Origin: Basidiobolus meristosporus CBS 931.73
Lineage: Eukaryota > Fungi > Basidiobolomycota
Length of the DNA stretch: 64,000 nt
Assembly (NCBI GenBank): GCA_002104905.1
Contig: MCFE01000448.1
Coordinates: 1-64,000 of the forward strand
Direction of reading: 5' to 3'
Below are positions 38,560-52,428 of the stretch, piece after piece. The first letter of the stretch is position 1; the number at the start of each line of letters is the position of its first letter. The position numbers and the translations under genes were made by a program. Below the pieces are notes generated by a model that searched no databases, was not told where the DNA came from, and saw nothing but the letters and a program-made list of their open reading frames with translations.

Positions 38560-40740
38560 TACTTTGTTGCTTTCAGTGTAACCATTTGCCTAATATTTTG
38601 CCTTGAACATCTGTCTACTGCCAAATGACTCTTGGTTCAATGATCATTTGATCAAGTTGCAAGCTTGCTTTTCTGTCAGGGCCAGGTACATCCCAGTCAT
38701 TGCATACTGCCATAACTTTGACTGAGGGCTATTAAGGGCCTCCACTACAGTGTGGGGCACATTGCTATTGACTGAACTGACACTGGCTAGGTCTGTGTTG
38801 TATTCAAGAGAAAAGTGTAATAAACCCTTCAATGGTATAACTGAGCCTAAGTGACAGCTATGTGCAGAATCTTAGAATTGTCAGAGAGTGGTGGGAATAT
38901 TAGCAGAGATGCTCTGGTGCTATATAGGTCTTGTACATAGCTGGGTTTGGCTATAAAGGCAACAGAGTTGGTTTGCTCTGCAGACTAGGCTTTGTGTTCT
39001 TGAAAATGCTAGATATGCTTGGCTTGGGTAGAAGCTAGAATGCGAATATTGAGTACATAATTTTGCTGAGACACAATCCTCATTACATTGAGATATACAC
39101 TAAGCCAAAAGGTTCAATAGACCTTATTTATACTTTTAGGATCAAGTTGAATTAGTAAGTGCCAAGAGACTGGAATAGTTGAGATCAGTTTAGCTGCTGA
39201 TAGGCACAGACAATAAATTGAGTCATCAATCAGCTAATGTCTTGGCTACTGCCAAGTGGATGGATAGATCTCAGCTGACTAATAACTTGGAAAGGCTTAG
39301 TAGTTCAGTTAAGGATGTAATAACCATATGAAAGTAAGTTGAGTGTGATAGCTAAAAATAAACTCCAAGAAGCAACAAAATGAGCTATAACAGGGACCAG
39401 TTATGTTGAGGTTTAGGGTAAATCAGATAGGGAACTAGATTTCCTGACAGTATAAGATTGGCCAAGTTTTAAATGTTGATGCTCAACAGTGTGTACCATG
39501 ATAAATATAGTAACTTGGGCCATTTCTAATCAGCTTGGATCTACTGCCTTGCAATACTTGATTGATTACTTCTGCAATATTCCTGTGCACTGTTTCATAC
39601 GGATCTATTGTTACTGAATCCTTAGGGGTGAAATACCTTTCATTGCTCTGAACTGAAACTGTCCTGCTTCCTAGTGGACTTGTGATAAAATCTTGTAATT
39701 GTCTGATGTTATTATTTATGAAAGTTAGAGCATTCATTCAACAAAGCATCTGATGATTGAATCAGCTACTTTTCTTTTGTATTGTAGAGTCTGTATGCCA
39801 AACTCTCATTGTATAACCCAGAAATATGCATATTTTACTTTTTGGCTCATTGATAATTTCTGGGCAGTTTCTTGGAGTATGCTCCACAACCCAATATTAT
39901 TAGGTGCTCTGCACTTGGTCTATGTCCACACCATTCCTCAAGGAGAGTAGAATCACAAACTACTCTGCTAGCACTTCTTCATCTCAGATATAGTGCTGCA
40001 GTTACTAATTTCACCAAAACTCAAAGTATAAATTTTGATCATTGATCTGAAGGCACATTCTGTCACTTGACTTTACTGTGGGGAGTACTGCATAGTAGTC
40101 TTTTGATATAGCATGTGAGTTTTAAGATGTGGATGAAGAGTTATGAGGCATAGTGTACACCATTGTTAAAGCATATTTTCTGATTTTTTGACCTGTTTCT
40201 TTCTGCACCATGTCTTCTGACTTCCTGAGCCTAGACAATGCTTCTTCTGTTTTATCCATGCAGTAGACTGGCATATATCTTGCTTATTCCTCAAATAAAG
40301 CTTTTATTTATTATGCCTACAGATACACTGTGCATAGGCTTACACAGATCCATGTAAGTTAGATCTGAATTTTTCTTAGGGTTGATTAACCCAGAGTTTG
40401 CAAGTGATTGTCTGGCTTGTTTCCCCATTATGCAGTCTTCACTGTGGGCTCTATCAGCTGGGGGAAAAGCTTTCAATCTGGAGGTTAGTTGATATACTAT
40501 CATTACACTCAAATCATCAAGATTGATGGGCAAAGTCTCCTGTGGCAAAGTATTGGTGCTTCTGTAGTCAAGTTACTTATGTTTACTACCAGATATGAAC
40601 AAGTGAATGGCAACTTGTATGGATTCTGATGACTGATACTCAATTGAAATGAGCACCATATCAATAAGTAATCCTGCATTCAGAACTGTCAAAGCTTAGA
40701 CTGAGTCCTTCTGCTTCCTTATTGATTTGGCCGCACATGT
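38560..40740 (-). mobile_element. Decayed Ty1/copia internal region (protease-integrase-start of RT), same family as 41620-46118
   Basis: Translates to CIMGKQARQSLANSGLINPKKNSDLTYMDLCKP and VVEALNSPQSKLW, and is colinear with the 41.6-kb element. Confidence 0.75.
38796..39488. repeat. Solo LTR, family 1, 5-bp TSD GTCTG/GTGTG
   Basis: TGTTG...CAACA. The flanks rejoin into the copia sequence seen uninterrupted at ~44150-44165. Confidence 0.85.
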
Positions 40741-41619
40741 GTATCCACTTGGGATAAGCCATCAGAATTCCACAATGAGTCTGTCACTAGGCCAGCAGCT
40801 TGGAATTATTAACCTTCCACATAATTGTATAACAGGATTTTAGGGGTATTTTGCAGATTTTACTGCTAAATTAATCTGGATATTGACAGTGCTTGAGCAG
40901 TTCTTTGACAAGAATTGCTAAACACTCTGATGGCCCTAATGCACTCTACATTTACGGAGGCAGAACTAACCAGCTAATACATTCAATTGCCTTATGTGGC
41001 AACACTTGAATTACCCCTCCTTATTTGTTGACTCACTACTAACTTGGGTATTCCATATATAGCTCATATCAAAGAAAACAACAGACTCCTGCTTAGTAAC
41101 CATTGCATATTCACATACCTGTTGCAATTGACACACTTCTTTCATCTCAACTCTGCAACTTTTCTTTTAGCTTCTTGGACCCCACCCAACTCTGCAGTAC
41201 CTAACTGATTACCAATGCATTGGGGCTGCTTAGCTTCTTAATGGCAAAGGCATAGGTGTTTATATATGCCCAACTGTTCTCAGTATTTTCCAACTCTTCC
41301 TGGCAGTCTACTATGTGCCTACTCATCACATTTGTGACAGACTTAGAGGTTACATTCTTGATGAGACTGGGATAGGGTATGACCTGCAACTCCACTTGGC
41401 TTCCTATCTTCCCACACATCTGCTTCATAGGAGACTCCCAAAGGGTCACCCAAGGTAGCCAGAAGAATACCAGCAAGGGACAAGTAGGCAGAAATAGATG
41501 CAGCAGTGCAGTATCTATTAAGGAGAAATTGTTGCTCAATATAAGAGGCACTAATACATAGTAGCAATCAACTTGTGGCTTTCTCAGGACCATAACCAGC
41601 AGGGCTGAAAGCTCAAAAC

Positions 41620-44600
41620 TGTTGTAAAAATTCATATTTCCACCTAATTATTCACCTAACTTAGTCACTTAGATCATTACCTTCAAATCCTAGAAAATAC
41701 TGACCAAATTCCTTGTTGGGATTTACTTAGAATATTTTCACCAAAATACCAGGTACCCAGAACATGAAAATTCTCAAAGTTGTCCAAACAGCCCCAAACT
41801 TTGCACACATGTTCTTGGGACCTTCCTTAACCTATTCTATGTGCTTGCTATGCAAAGACCAGGTAAAAGTATAAATACCACTTTTACAATCAATAAATCA
41901 TTAAGTGAAAACCACATAATCTACTTGTTCTCCAAATCACTTCCAATATCTCCAAGACTCTTACAACAGGTTATCAGCCCCAAGCTGTCACTCTCTGCAA
42001 TGTCTACTACTGCTATTACTGGAATTTTTCCCTCTGCTGAAAAGTTGGATGGCTCTAACTACCAAGTGTGGAAGGTGAAGATGAAGATGCTGCTAGAAGA
42101 AAGAGGCCTTTGGGATATTGTCATGGGAGAAGAATGCCCTCCTAAAGACGTGGGAGAGGAAGCCTTAAAGTACCAGAAGAAAGAACAAAGTGCCTTTAAC
42201 TGCATTTGCCTTAATGTCAAGGACAAATTGCTAATTCAATGCTCAAGAGAAAAAATGGCAAAGAATGCCTGGAAGGCATTAGAAGACACCTACCAGTCAT
42301 GTTCAGCTGCCAAGAAAATGTATCTGAGAAGAAAATTCTTTACTACAAAGATGCTGCCAGGAGAAGAAATGAAAAATCTAATTAACAGAATCACCCTGCT
42401 GGTAGATGAGATGGAATCTGTGGGCGTATCAACTACTGATGAGGATGTGATAGTTACCATCCTGAATAGCCTGACAGACAAGTTTCAGGGCCTTGTATCA
42501 GCCCTAGAGTCCAGAACTGAAGATTTGACCTTAAATTATGTATATGGAAGGCTCCTGGATGAAGAATTAAGAAAATCAAGCGCCAATAAGAAGGAAGAAG
42601 AAAATGCTTTAATAAGCAATGATAACCAACAAAGGAGGTAACCAAGACCCTACAAAGGCAACAGCAACCTATTTTGCAACTACAGCAAAAGGAAAGGACA
42701 CACATCAGACCGGTGTTTCAAAAAGTGAGATTATCAGCAAAAGAAGCCTGAATATGGAAATGCTGCAACAACTGAAGATAGACTATTCATATCTGCACTA
42801 AATATGACCACAAACAAGGATTCTCAGACGTGGTATATTGACTCTGGAGCTTCTCAACACTTAGCACACCAAAAAGAACTTTTTACCCAATATCAAGAAA
42901 TTCCAATTAAGAAGATTTTCATGGGTGACAATAGAACACTTGATGCAGTGGGAGAAGGAACTATCCAAGTAAACCTAAGAAGCAGTGAAGGAAGCCATAC
43001 ACTGACCTTTAAAGAAGTACTCTATGTACCAGAAATAGCCAAGAACCTACTCTCTGTAAGCAAGGCCACAGCAGAAGGACTCAGTTTCAGTTTTGACAAT
43101 TCTGGATGCAGGATCACTGATCAAAATGGTGCTCATATTGCCTTGGGCATCAGAGATCAGAATCTATACAAGTTGACTTATATTCCATCATATCTGGAAG
43201 CCAATATAAGTAACTTAAATGAAGAAACACCAATGCTTTGGCACAGGAGATTTGGACACATCAATTTTGATTATTTGCGTAAAATGATCAAAGATCAGCT
43301 AATTTCTGGAGTGAAAATTGATCCCCCCGCTAATTTGGAGCACTGTGAAGCCTGCATATATGGGAAACAAGCCAGACAACCGTTCAAGAGCTCTGGGTTA
43401 ATCAAAACTAAGAAAAAAATTAGATTAAGAAAATACGCTCTGACAATGGTGAAGAATATACCTCAAAACTCTTCATCCACTTCTACAAAATTCATGGGAT
43501 AAAGCAAGAGACTACTGTACCATACTCCCCACAGCAAAATGGAGTAGCAGAACAAGCTAACAGATCAATAATTGATATGGCAAGATCTATGATCCATGAT
43601 CAAAAATTATCCTATGATTTTTGGATGGAATCAGTTGCCACTGCTGTATATCTTAAAAATAGGAGTTATAACGGAATGCTTTGTGATTCTACTCCATTTG
43701 AAGCATGGTATGGATACAGACCAAGTGCAGAACATCTAAGAATATTTGGGTACAGCATATGCCAAAAAACTGGCCGGAAATCAGTCAAAATTTGCGCCAA
43801 AAAGTGTAAAATGCATATATTTGGGCTACTGCAATGAGAGTAAGGCATACAGACTCCACAATACCAAAGCAAAGAAGCTTATCAAGTCCAGGGATGTGTT
43901 GTTTGATCAAAATTCAAAATTTTCACAAAAAATGACATCAGATGATGATGAAAATTTGATCTCAAGTCCACCAATTGTTAGGATTGAATCAGAGCAAAAC
44001 AATGAAATTTTTTTCACTCCAGAGGACTCTACAACCGTGGTTCAGCCAGAATCAGTGCCCAGGAATATCCCAGAAGTGATCATTCCAGTATCAAATGCCT
44101 GGAGATCAAATCAGACAAGAAATAGCCCAAATTACTATATCAATGAGGGTACAAACTTAGCCTATGCCTATTCAGTCCATGTTGATGAACCCCAGACTGT
44201 AAAAGAGGCCCTAAATAGCCCTCAGACAAAGTTTTGGAGATCTTCAATGACTGAGGAGTATCAGGCACTGATGGAAAATCAAACTTGGGACTTAGTCAAA
44301 TTACTAATCAACCAAAAATCAATTGGATGCAGATGGGTCTTCAAGACAAAATACAAGGCTGATGGTACAATTGAAAGATACAAAGCAAGACTTGTAGCCA
44401 AAGGATACTCTCAAACAAAAGGACTTGACTATACTGAGACCTTTGCACCGGTAGCCAAGTTTAATTCCATCAGATTAATTTTGGCTATTGCAGCAAAATA
44501 TAAGTTTTTTATTCATCAAATGGATGTAAAAACTGCATTTTTGAATGGAGAACTTGATGAGGACGTGTATATGGACCAGCCTGATGGGTTTGTTGACCAA

Positions 44601-46118
44601 AATAACCCCCATTTGGTCTGCAAGCTTAAAAAGCCACTATATGGTCTCAAACAATCACCAAGAGCCTGGAATTGCGAGATAGATTCTTATTTGGAATCCT
44701 TGAGTTTCAAAAGAAGTAATGCTGACTATAGTATATACTATAAGCCAGATAGAGCAAATCCAGCTCTATTAGCTCTATATGTGGATGATCTTATTATAGC
44801 CGCCAATATCCTAGAAACATTGGAAGAGACTAAATCCTGCCTATCTAAGGAGTTCAAGATGTCTGATTTAGGAGAACTTGGTTACTACCTAGGGATTAAG
44901 TTCTCCATAGACAGAAGTACCCAGACTATTACCCTAAGCCAATCCAAGTATATTCAAGATATACTAAAGAAGTACAAAATGGAAGACTGTAAACCGGCAG
45001 CTACCCCAATGGAGACAAACCTTAACTTGGTCAAAACTCAACCAAATCAAGAGAGCTTGGTGCCATCTGAAAGCCCTGACTTTCCTTATCGATCTATAGT
45101 TGGCAGTCTGATGTATATCATGCTTGGAACACGTCCAGATATCTCATATTCAGTGGTAGTTGTCAGCCAACATAGTCAGAACTATGGATCTGATCATATT
45201 GCAGCAGTTAAGCGGATTTTTAGATACCTAAAAGGAACTGCTGATATTTGCTTAAGATACACTTATAAGGACTCAGAAAAAGATCTTGTGGGATACTCTG
45301 ATGCAGATTGGGGACAAAATTTGGAAGACAGAAGATCCACCACAGGATACACCTTTCTTTACTGTAAAGGAGCAATTTCATGGAATTCAAGAAAGCAACC
45401 AACCATAGCACTTTCTACTACAGAGGCAGAGTATATGGCAGCCTGTGAAGCTACAAAAGAAGCAATGTGGTTAAGAAAGCTCTTTACAGATTTAGGCCTA
45501 TGTCAAAAAACGCCTATTACTTTATTTCAAGACAATCTAGGATGTATACAATTAGGTAGAAATCCAACTTTTCATGCTAGAACCAAGCACATAGATATTA
45601 GACATCATTTCATATGTGAAGCTATAGAGAATAGCTTAGTTAGCTTAGTTTACTGTCCTACAGATGAAGTGATTGCAGACATATTTACCAAACCATTAGC
45701 TAGAGACAAGTTTGAATATCTTAGGTCAAAATTAGGACTAGTCAGTATGAACATTTAGCTGAGTGGGAGTGTTGTAAAAATTTGTATTTCCACCTAAATA
45801 CTCACCTAGCTTAGTCACTTAGATCATTACCTTCAAATCCTAGAAAATACTGACCAAATTCCTTGTTGGGATTTACTTAGAATATTTTCACCAAAATACC
45901 AGGTACCCAGAACATGAAAATTCTCAAAGTTGTCCAAACAGCCCCACACTTTGCACACATGTTCTTGGGACCTTCCTTAACCTATTCTATGTGTTTGTTA
46001 TGCCAAGACCAGGTAAAAGTATAAATACTACTTTTACAATCAATAAATCATTAAGTGAAAACCACATAATCTACTTGTTCTCCAAATCACTTCCAATATC
46101 TCCAAGACTCTGACAACA
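41620..46118 (+). mobile_element. Nearly full-length Ty1/copia LTR retrotransposon (4.5 kb), TSD AAAAC
   Basis: 349-bp LTRs at 41620-41968 and 45770-46118 (about 11 differences by eye), AAAAC on both sides, PBS GGTTATCAGCCC at 41969 and PPT GAGTGGGAG at 45761-45769. The gag, PR (WYIDSGAS), GAG-pre-IN (LWHRRFGH), RT (ARLVAKGYSQ, LYVDD) and RH (GYSDADW) segments are in copia order. Confidence 0.96.
42000..45758 (+). pseudogene. Disrupted copia gag-pol polyprotein
   Basis: Premature stop at ~42639 and frameshifts. The zinc knuckle is mutated (CNYSKRKGHTSDRC), part of the integrase core is missing near 43410, and RT-RH is open from 43746 to 45758. Confidence 0.85.
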
Positions 46119-47084
46119 AAAACAAGCAGCAAAGAAACATCAGGTTGATGGGAGAGTGTAGGTAAGGGCAAGCAGGCTGAAACAGACACATTGGTGTAGC
46201 ACTTATCACAGAGAAAATGTAGCCCAATACATAAACACTTAGTCACAGTAGCAGTGAAGGAACTGACAGTGGTAGAAGCCTGTGGTTCTCTCAGAAGCCT
46301 GTCACAGGTGTGATTGAAAGTGCCAAACAAGTGGCAAAGAAATGTTAGGCTGTCAGCAGAGTGCTGGCAAGGGGCAAGCAGGCAAAGATGGACATATCAT
46401 TGCAGCATTTACTGAGGAGAAAACATGGTACAATGCAAAAAGCACTCAGTCAAAGTGGCAGTGTTGAAGGTAAAGGCAAATAAAAAAAGTCTGCCCAAGC
46501 CAGTGACAGGGAAGCATGAGAAAAAAGCTGCTGCTCTGACCTATAACATTGTTGGCCTAGAACAGGATAAATCCCTCAATTGCCAAGAAGAGTTACCAAG
46601 AGGACTACAGCTATTTGCACAAGAGTCAGAAGCACAGGCAGTTGAGCTACACTTCAGTTAGGTAGATGAGTTTGCGGAGAAAAGCAAGCTGTCTGCCACT
46701 GCCTCCATGTCTCCATTGTTGACAGGTTAGAGATCCTTCTGAGAGACAAAGCAACAATGTCAAGTGTTCAAAAGACTATCACAATGCCTAGAGTGAGATT
46801 CTGGAACATCAACCATACACCAAGTGGTTGCAAGCATTGTTAGTATATTCAGCAGTATATATTGCAAACAGCTAAGAAGCAAAAGCTACTCTAAAGTTAT
46901 GTTTGAGGATGCCTTTGCCTTTGCACTTGATTGATTCTCACTGAACAAGTACTCTGCCAGTAAGTCCTGCCAGCCACTGATTCCCATCAAACTGAATTGG
47001 CTGCCACCTGGATGGTACCAGAGCAAAAATTCAATGTTAGTCTCACTGGTATCTGAACTTTGTATGCTATCCAGCTGGATACTT

Positions 47085-47450
47085 GTTAGTATGTTCCCTG
47101 ACCCAAAGATAACTAATCCCTGTAGTGGTTTATTTTATCACTTCTCAGAATCTACTTTCAGGTTTGACACCTGATCAATTTGCATGTGGTCTTTACTTCT
47201 TCAACCAATCTGCTAAGCCTTTCCAAGCAATTTGCCATATGAGATCTATCTAACCACTTAGTAGTTGCTGAGACATCACATGGTTGATGATGCAATTTTC
47301 ATGTATCTTGTGTGCCTATCAAGCACCCAAGCTGTTTTCAATTGATCCATATTCTTTGTGCCTACTAATTCAGCTTGGCCAGAAAAGTGTAAGTAAAGTT
47401 TAATGAACTGTTTGGCTCAATATGTGTCTCAACAATGCTAAGATTGTATA
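47085..47450. repeat. Partial family-1 LTR, opposite orientation to the copies at 22-23 kb and 38.8 kb
   Basis: Reverse-complement homology to 23250-23610. The ends are truncated and coordinates are approximate. Confidence 0.65.
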
Positions 47451-47499
47451 TCAGTCAAATTAAGAATTGATCAGCAAGAGCTGACTGAACCCCTTGAAT

Positions 47500-50300
47500 G
47501 CATCAAGCTTGAAAAAAAATCCCTGATATTTGAGCACTCAAATCTTGCCAAGACAAGCTATGACAATCATCATAGAGATGAACTCCTTGAGATTATATTC
47601 AGTTACCAAAGTAAACTGTACTAATCACAGAAGTTCTGGAGAATGTTGCCATATTAATTGTCAACACCAAAAATTCATTGCGCCTTGCACTACATCAGCC
47701 ACCAAGAAGTCATGCCTTTGGATCTTCCAGATCTACATGTCTAACAGTACATGGAAAATTGTCTGACACCTCTTTTGCAGCCATTTTGAAGATACACTCA
47801 AAAAAGCACATCTGAACTGAGACTTATAGAAGGCTAAAATGCAAAAGGGTGAATCTGTGGAACACTTCTGTGATAGATTCTTTAGACAACTGAGATTAGC
47901 CGGAGTCAATGATGATAATCTGTTACATACAGCTTATTTTCTTCCAAACTTCTCACATCAGCTCCCAAGCAGAGTTGCTATTGTCAAAGCATGCACACCC
48001 TGCATATACCTAGGACAGGATCTCAGAGACATGCACACTTGTAATTGCCATGGCTGCCACTATTGGCCATACTTCTGGCTACTGCATGTAGGGTTCAGCA
48101 GCAATCCAAATAGGAACTGGTCATGTGACCAAGAAGAAGTCAATTGCTACTAAGAATTGTGAGTTTCACAGAAGATACTATCATTCCACCAGCAAGTGCA
48201 AAGGCTTCACTAAACAGTCAAACATGTGAGGATATACCTCAGAGTAGCAGCAAAACACCAAATCTGACAACCCATATGCTGACAACAAATGATTCAGTTG
48301 TGGAAGGATGCACCATATATCACCTACCTGTCCTGAGAAGAACTCTACATATATGGCAAAAATCACACAGATCCTATATGATGATTTGACCAATGATATA
48401 GCTGGGTATGAGGAAGGATATAAAGAACTTACAACCCAAGATTGTCACAACCTCTTTGAATTTCTGGCCAAAATTGCAAGTGTTCAAGAAAAGAAGCAAC
48501 CAATTACACAGCTAAAAGCCAAAGTGATGCCACTCTCCCTCAATCACCAATCTATTGTAGCACCACTGGATACTGTAGCACCCAACGCTATTATATCATC
48601 CACTGTAGTCTAAGATTTCAGATTGGATATAGTAAGCCTACCAGGAAAGTCATACTTGCTGCTAAGGACCTCTCAGACCCAAGAATTTTCTTTAGCTACC
48701 CAATTAACATACATTGTGGCTCAATAACTATAACCCATCAAATGTAAGTTATTGACATGCTAGATAAATCTCAGGTGGTAATTGGTTTCAACAACTTTAC
48801 CAGCATTGGCTTTCATATAGGATGACTCCAGCTTCCTGTCCTGGAATCACTAAGTTTCAGTGGCTTATAAAGGTACATGTTGATAATGTCACTATATTTT
48901 CCGCAAACCATAAAGATCAAGCAACTCATGTCACTAATGTAATCAATAGATGGACAGCTGCTGGACTGATTTTCAATGCTGAAAAGTGCAATTTTGCTGG
49001 CCTCAAAATCAATCTACATGGACTTAGAGTCACACAGGCAGGCTACCAACTGGACCCTTCCAAGCTGGTCAGTATTCCTGAATGAACAACAGCCACTAGC
49101 AGCAAGCAGCTCCAGCATTATCTTGGAGTATTCTACTATTATGGGGGAGACTCACCACTCATGTCATCTTTGAGCTCATCTTTGCATGCATTCTGCCATA
49201 GTCCTGATCTCCCCTCCACCTGGAACAACATTCATGACCAAGTATTTGTGTCATTCTACTAATTGTTCCCACAAAAGCTCACCTTGTTCTATCCAGACTT
49301 TGCTTAGCTGTTGGCTGTTGCTACAGATGCACCTAGTGTTAGGTTAGGGGCTGTTGTACCAGTATGAAGACCAAAATCCACCTCAATGGATCTCTTTTCA
49401 GGTCAGATCCCTACAACTTGCTGAGAAAACTACTCTACTGCCAAGAAGGAGCTACTTGCAATAGTCTTTGTTTTGAATTAATTTTGCCAGCTTTGGTGGG
49501 GTAACCGTACTACCTTGTACAATACCACTGGGCCATTGTTGATATCTACAGTTAAGAGGCTTTTCTCCTATGCTTAACCAAGGCTTGGTACTTGAGTATG
49601 AATACACAGTTATTCATTGCCTAGATACTCTCAACATGCTGCATGACCATCTTTCAAGATATTTTCTGTCTCTGATTTGGTAGGAACATTTGATTATAGA
49701 TAAGATCAGTAAGCTTACTACTATCTCCAAAGTAATCTCTCAACTGGATATAGCAACTTGGAAAATTGTACATGCAGATGAAAATGGCCCACTTTGGAAC
49801 AGCCACACCTATGAGGAAGCTACACTCTGATGGATATCACAGGCCAAATATCAAAGCTAACTGCCTAGAGCTTGTCAAGTCTTGCAGAGAATGTCTTTTT
49901 TACAATATCAGCAGCAATAGATTTCACTCTTTGAGTTCCATTCATGCAAGCCTTCCTACAGATCATATTGCAATTGATCTAACTGGACCTTCACCACTTA
50001 TGATCATGGCAATCACTGCCACTTTGTTATTATGGATTCTTATGTTACAAGTATACTGCCATCATTGCACATGCATCATTTAAGCTCTTCTGCCACTTTG
50101 GATTCCCAGGGGTAATTCAATCAGCTAATAGTGCAGAATTTGTGCATCATGTGATCAAAGCCCCTTACCAGAATGGTGCCATTGTTCTCTAGCTACTCAA
50201 TCAATAACTTCACAAAGCTAAGGACTTGCTGAAAGACATGCTCAGACTTCAATGAACTTCTTCTGGGAAATGCATTAAGGGAATCAAGCAGAGTTGGTGT
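47500..50300 (+). mobile_element. Heavily decayed Ty3/gypsy internal region
   Basis: gag (MQKGESVEHFCDRF), RT (HVDNVTIFS...FNAEKCNF), RH (VATDAP..LGAV) and IN (HFG...CRECL...DHIAIDLTGP) appear in gypsy order. Confidence 0.75.
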
Positions 50301-50594
50301 TTGGTAGCAGTGCTTATTTGATCCTGACCATAGGGGAACAATCATAAGAGCTTAGATCTGAAATAAAGTGTCATAGTGAGGGCTGCAAATGAGTCCCACC
50401 GTGATTAAGATTAGTCCAGAGCTGTTAAGTAAGCTTTTAGCTGCTGAATGATGCCAGATAGTTAAGTATCTTAACACTCCCCCTCCACTAAGTAACTCTT
50501 CAATCTGAATTTCTCTCTAAGATTCTCAAACTGTGCCCTAGCTGGTGGATTTGTCAATACAACTGCCACCATTGTGTCAGTTAGGGAGTAAGCT

Positions 50595-50943
50595 TGTTAT
50601 GATCTGCCGCTTGAATGTTTAAGTTAGATCAGTCCTTAGTCAAATCAATTAGTATATGTTTAGGTTATCAGCATATCAGTAATATCTATCAAATCAGTAG
50701 CATTAGTCAGCAGATCCATATCAGACAGATATAGATATATCAAGTAGGATCTTATTGGGTGATGATGATGCAATCAAATGAGTCATTGGCCACAACCTAC
50801 ATTAGGAAATACAATTAGTCAGCAATTGATCTGGCAAAATGTATATAAGGAGCTACTGGAACCTCAATAAAAATCAGTTCAAGTTTTAGTGAATACATTA
50901 CTAGCTAAACTCCTCTACAACTCCTATACCAAGACTTGTAACA
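50595..50943 (+). repeat. Solo LTR, family 2, TSD AGCT/AACT
   Basis: TGTTATGATC...CTTGTAACA, inserted in the copia RNase H tail. Confidence 0.8.
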
Positions 50944-52059
50944 AACTAACTCTACTAAGTTCTTTCTATAGCCTCCCTCACAAATTAGTGTTATATATCT
51001 GTGTACTTAATTCTGGCATGATTGGTAGTATTCATAGCTAATGATATACAACTTTGATTATCCCTATAAATATATGTTGGTTCATCTGAGTTAAAGTCTG
51101 AGTCTTTGAGTATTTTTTGTAGCCATATAGCCTTCTTAGTTGCCTGGCAAGCATCCATATACTCCGCCACTGGTGTAAACGGTGCCACTGTTGGCTGTGT
51201 CTTATAATCCCAGGTGATACCAGCATCAGCATATAGAAATACCAACACAATGATAGAGCAGCTGTCAAACAGATCCCTACCTCAATCTGCATTACTCTAA
51301 CCATCATATCTTTGCCTATTAGTTGCTCCAGAGTATTCCAGTCCCATATTTATGGTACCATGCAGATATCTGAAAATTTGGATAACTACTGTAATTTGAT
51401 CCAATCTTGAAATTTGCATAAGTTGACTGACTACACCCACTCCCACTGCAATATCTTGATGTGTAGACGCTATCAAGTAGATCAAGATACCAATCATTGA
51501 CTAATAGGGAGAATTTTGGTCAATATTTGGGCTGTTTTCACCTGAATCTGGCTGATATTTGCACAATTTCAGGTTATTGTCCATGGGGGTTACTGCAGGC
51601 TTGTAAATTTTCCATCTTGAAGCATCTAAAAATGTGACTGATGTTCCTGGATTAGCTCAGCACAAGCTTCTGCATAGGTATAGCAAATTTGACTTCAATT
51701 ACATGAAAATAGTTCAATTTTCCAAGATTCTTAATCTTAAACTTGCTGAAGAGATCTGATTTGGTTGGTTAAAGTACCTTCTGGTTACTTACAGCTATTA
51801 TCATGTTGTGCAAATAAAGAACTAATATCATCAGACCCTTCATAAGATCTTTTACATTTATACTGTGATCTGCAGTGCTACAAATGTACCCAATCCCCTT
51901 TGTATATGGGTCAATCTTGTTATACTAGGGTCTAGGTGCCTGCTTAAATCCATACAACAATTTTATGAGTTTGCAAACCTTGAAAGTGTATTTTGAGTTG
52001 ATTAAACCTTAGGGTTGTTCCATATTTATAGTTTCTTGCACATCTCCATTTAGAAAGGC

Positions 52060-52428
52060 TGTTACAAGTCTTGGTATAAGAGTTGTAGTGGAATAGGGAG
52101 TTTAGCTAGTATTGCACTCACTAAAACTTGAACTGGTCTTTATTGAGGTTCCAGCATCTCCTTATATACATTTTGCAAGATCAACTGCTGACTAATTGTA
52201 TTTTCTAATGTAGGCTGTAGGTGATGACTTATTTGATTGCATCATTATCATGCAATAAGATCCTACTTGATATATCTATATCTGTCTGATAAGGATCTGC
52301 TGATTCATTGACTGACTAATGCTGCTGATTTGATAGATAATACTGATATACTTATAAGCTAAACATATAACTAATTGATTTGACTAAAAACTGCTCTAAC
52401 TTAAACATTCAAGCGGTAGATCTTAACA
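52060..52428 (-). repeat. Solo LTR, family 2, 4-bp TSD AGGC
   Basis: AGGC is on both sides, and removing the LTR and one TSD restores the copia RT motif (HMD...AFLNGD). Confidence 0.88.

Larger units (their letters stand above)
40750..46830. mobile_element. CACTA remnants (transposase C-terminus minus ~40750-41450; accessory ORF plus ~41450-41619 and 46119-46830) hosting the copia insertion
   Basis: Homologous to 25000-26200 and 27450-28170. The sequence flanking the copia TSD rejoins to match ~27640-27720. Confidence 0.6.

Noticed and set aside
41841-41999. N-terminal extension of the copia gag ORF called by the ORF track
   Set aside because: It lies inside the 5' LTR and PBS. The plausible start is the ATG at 42000.
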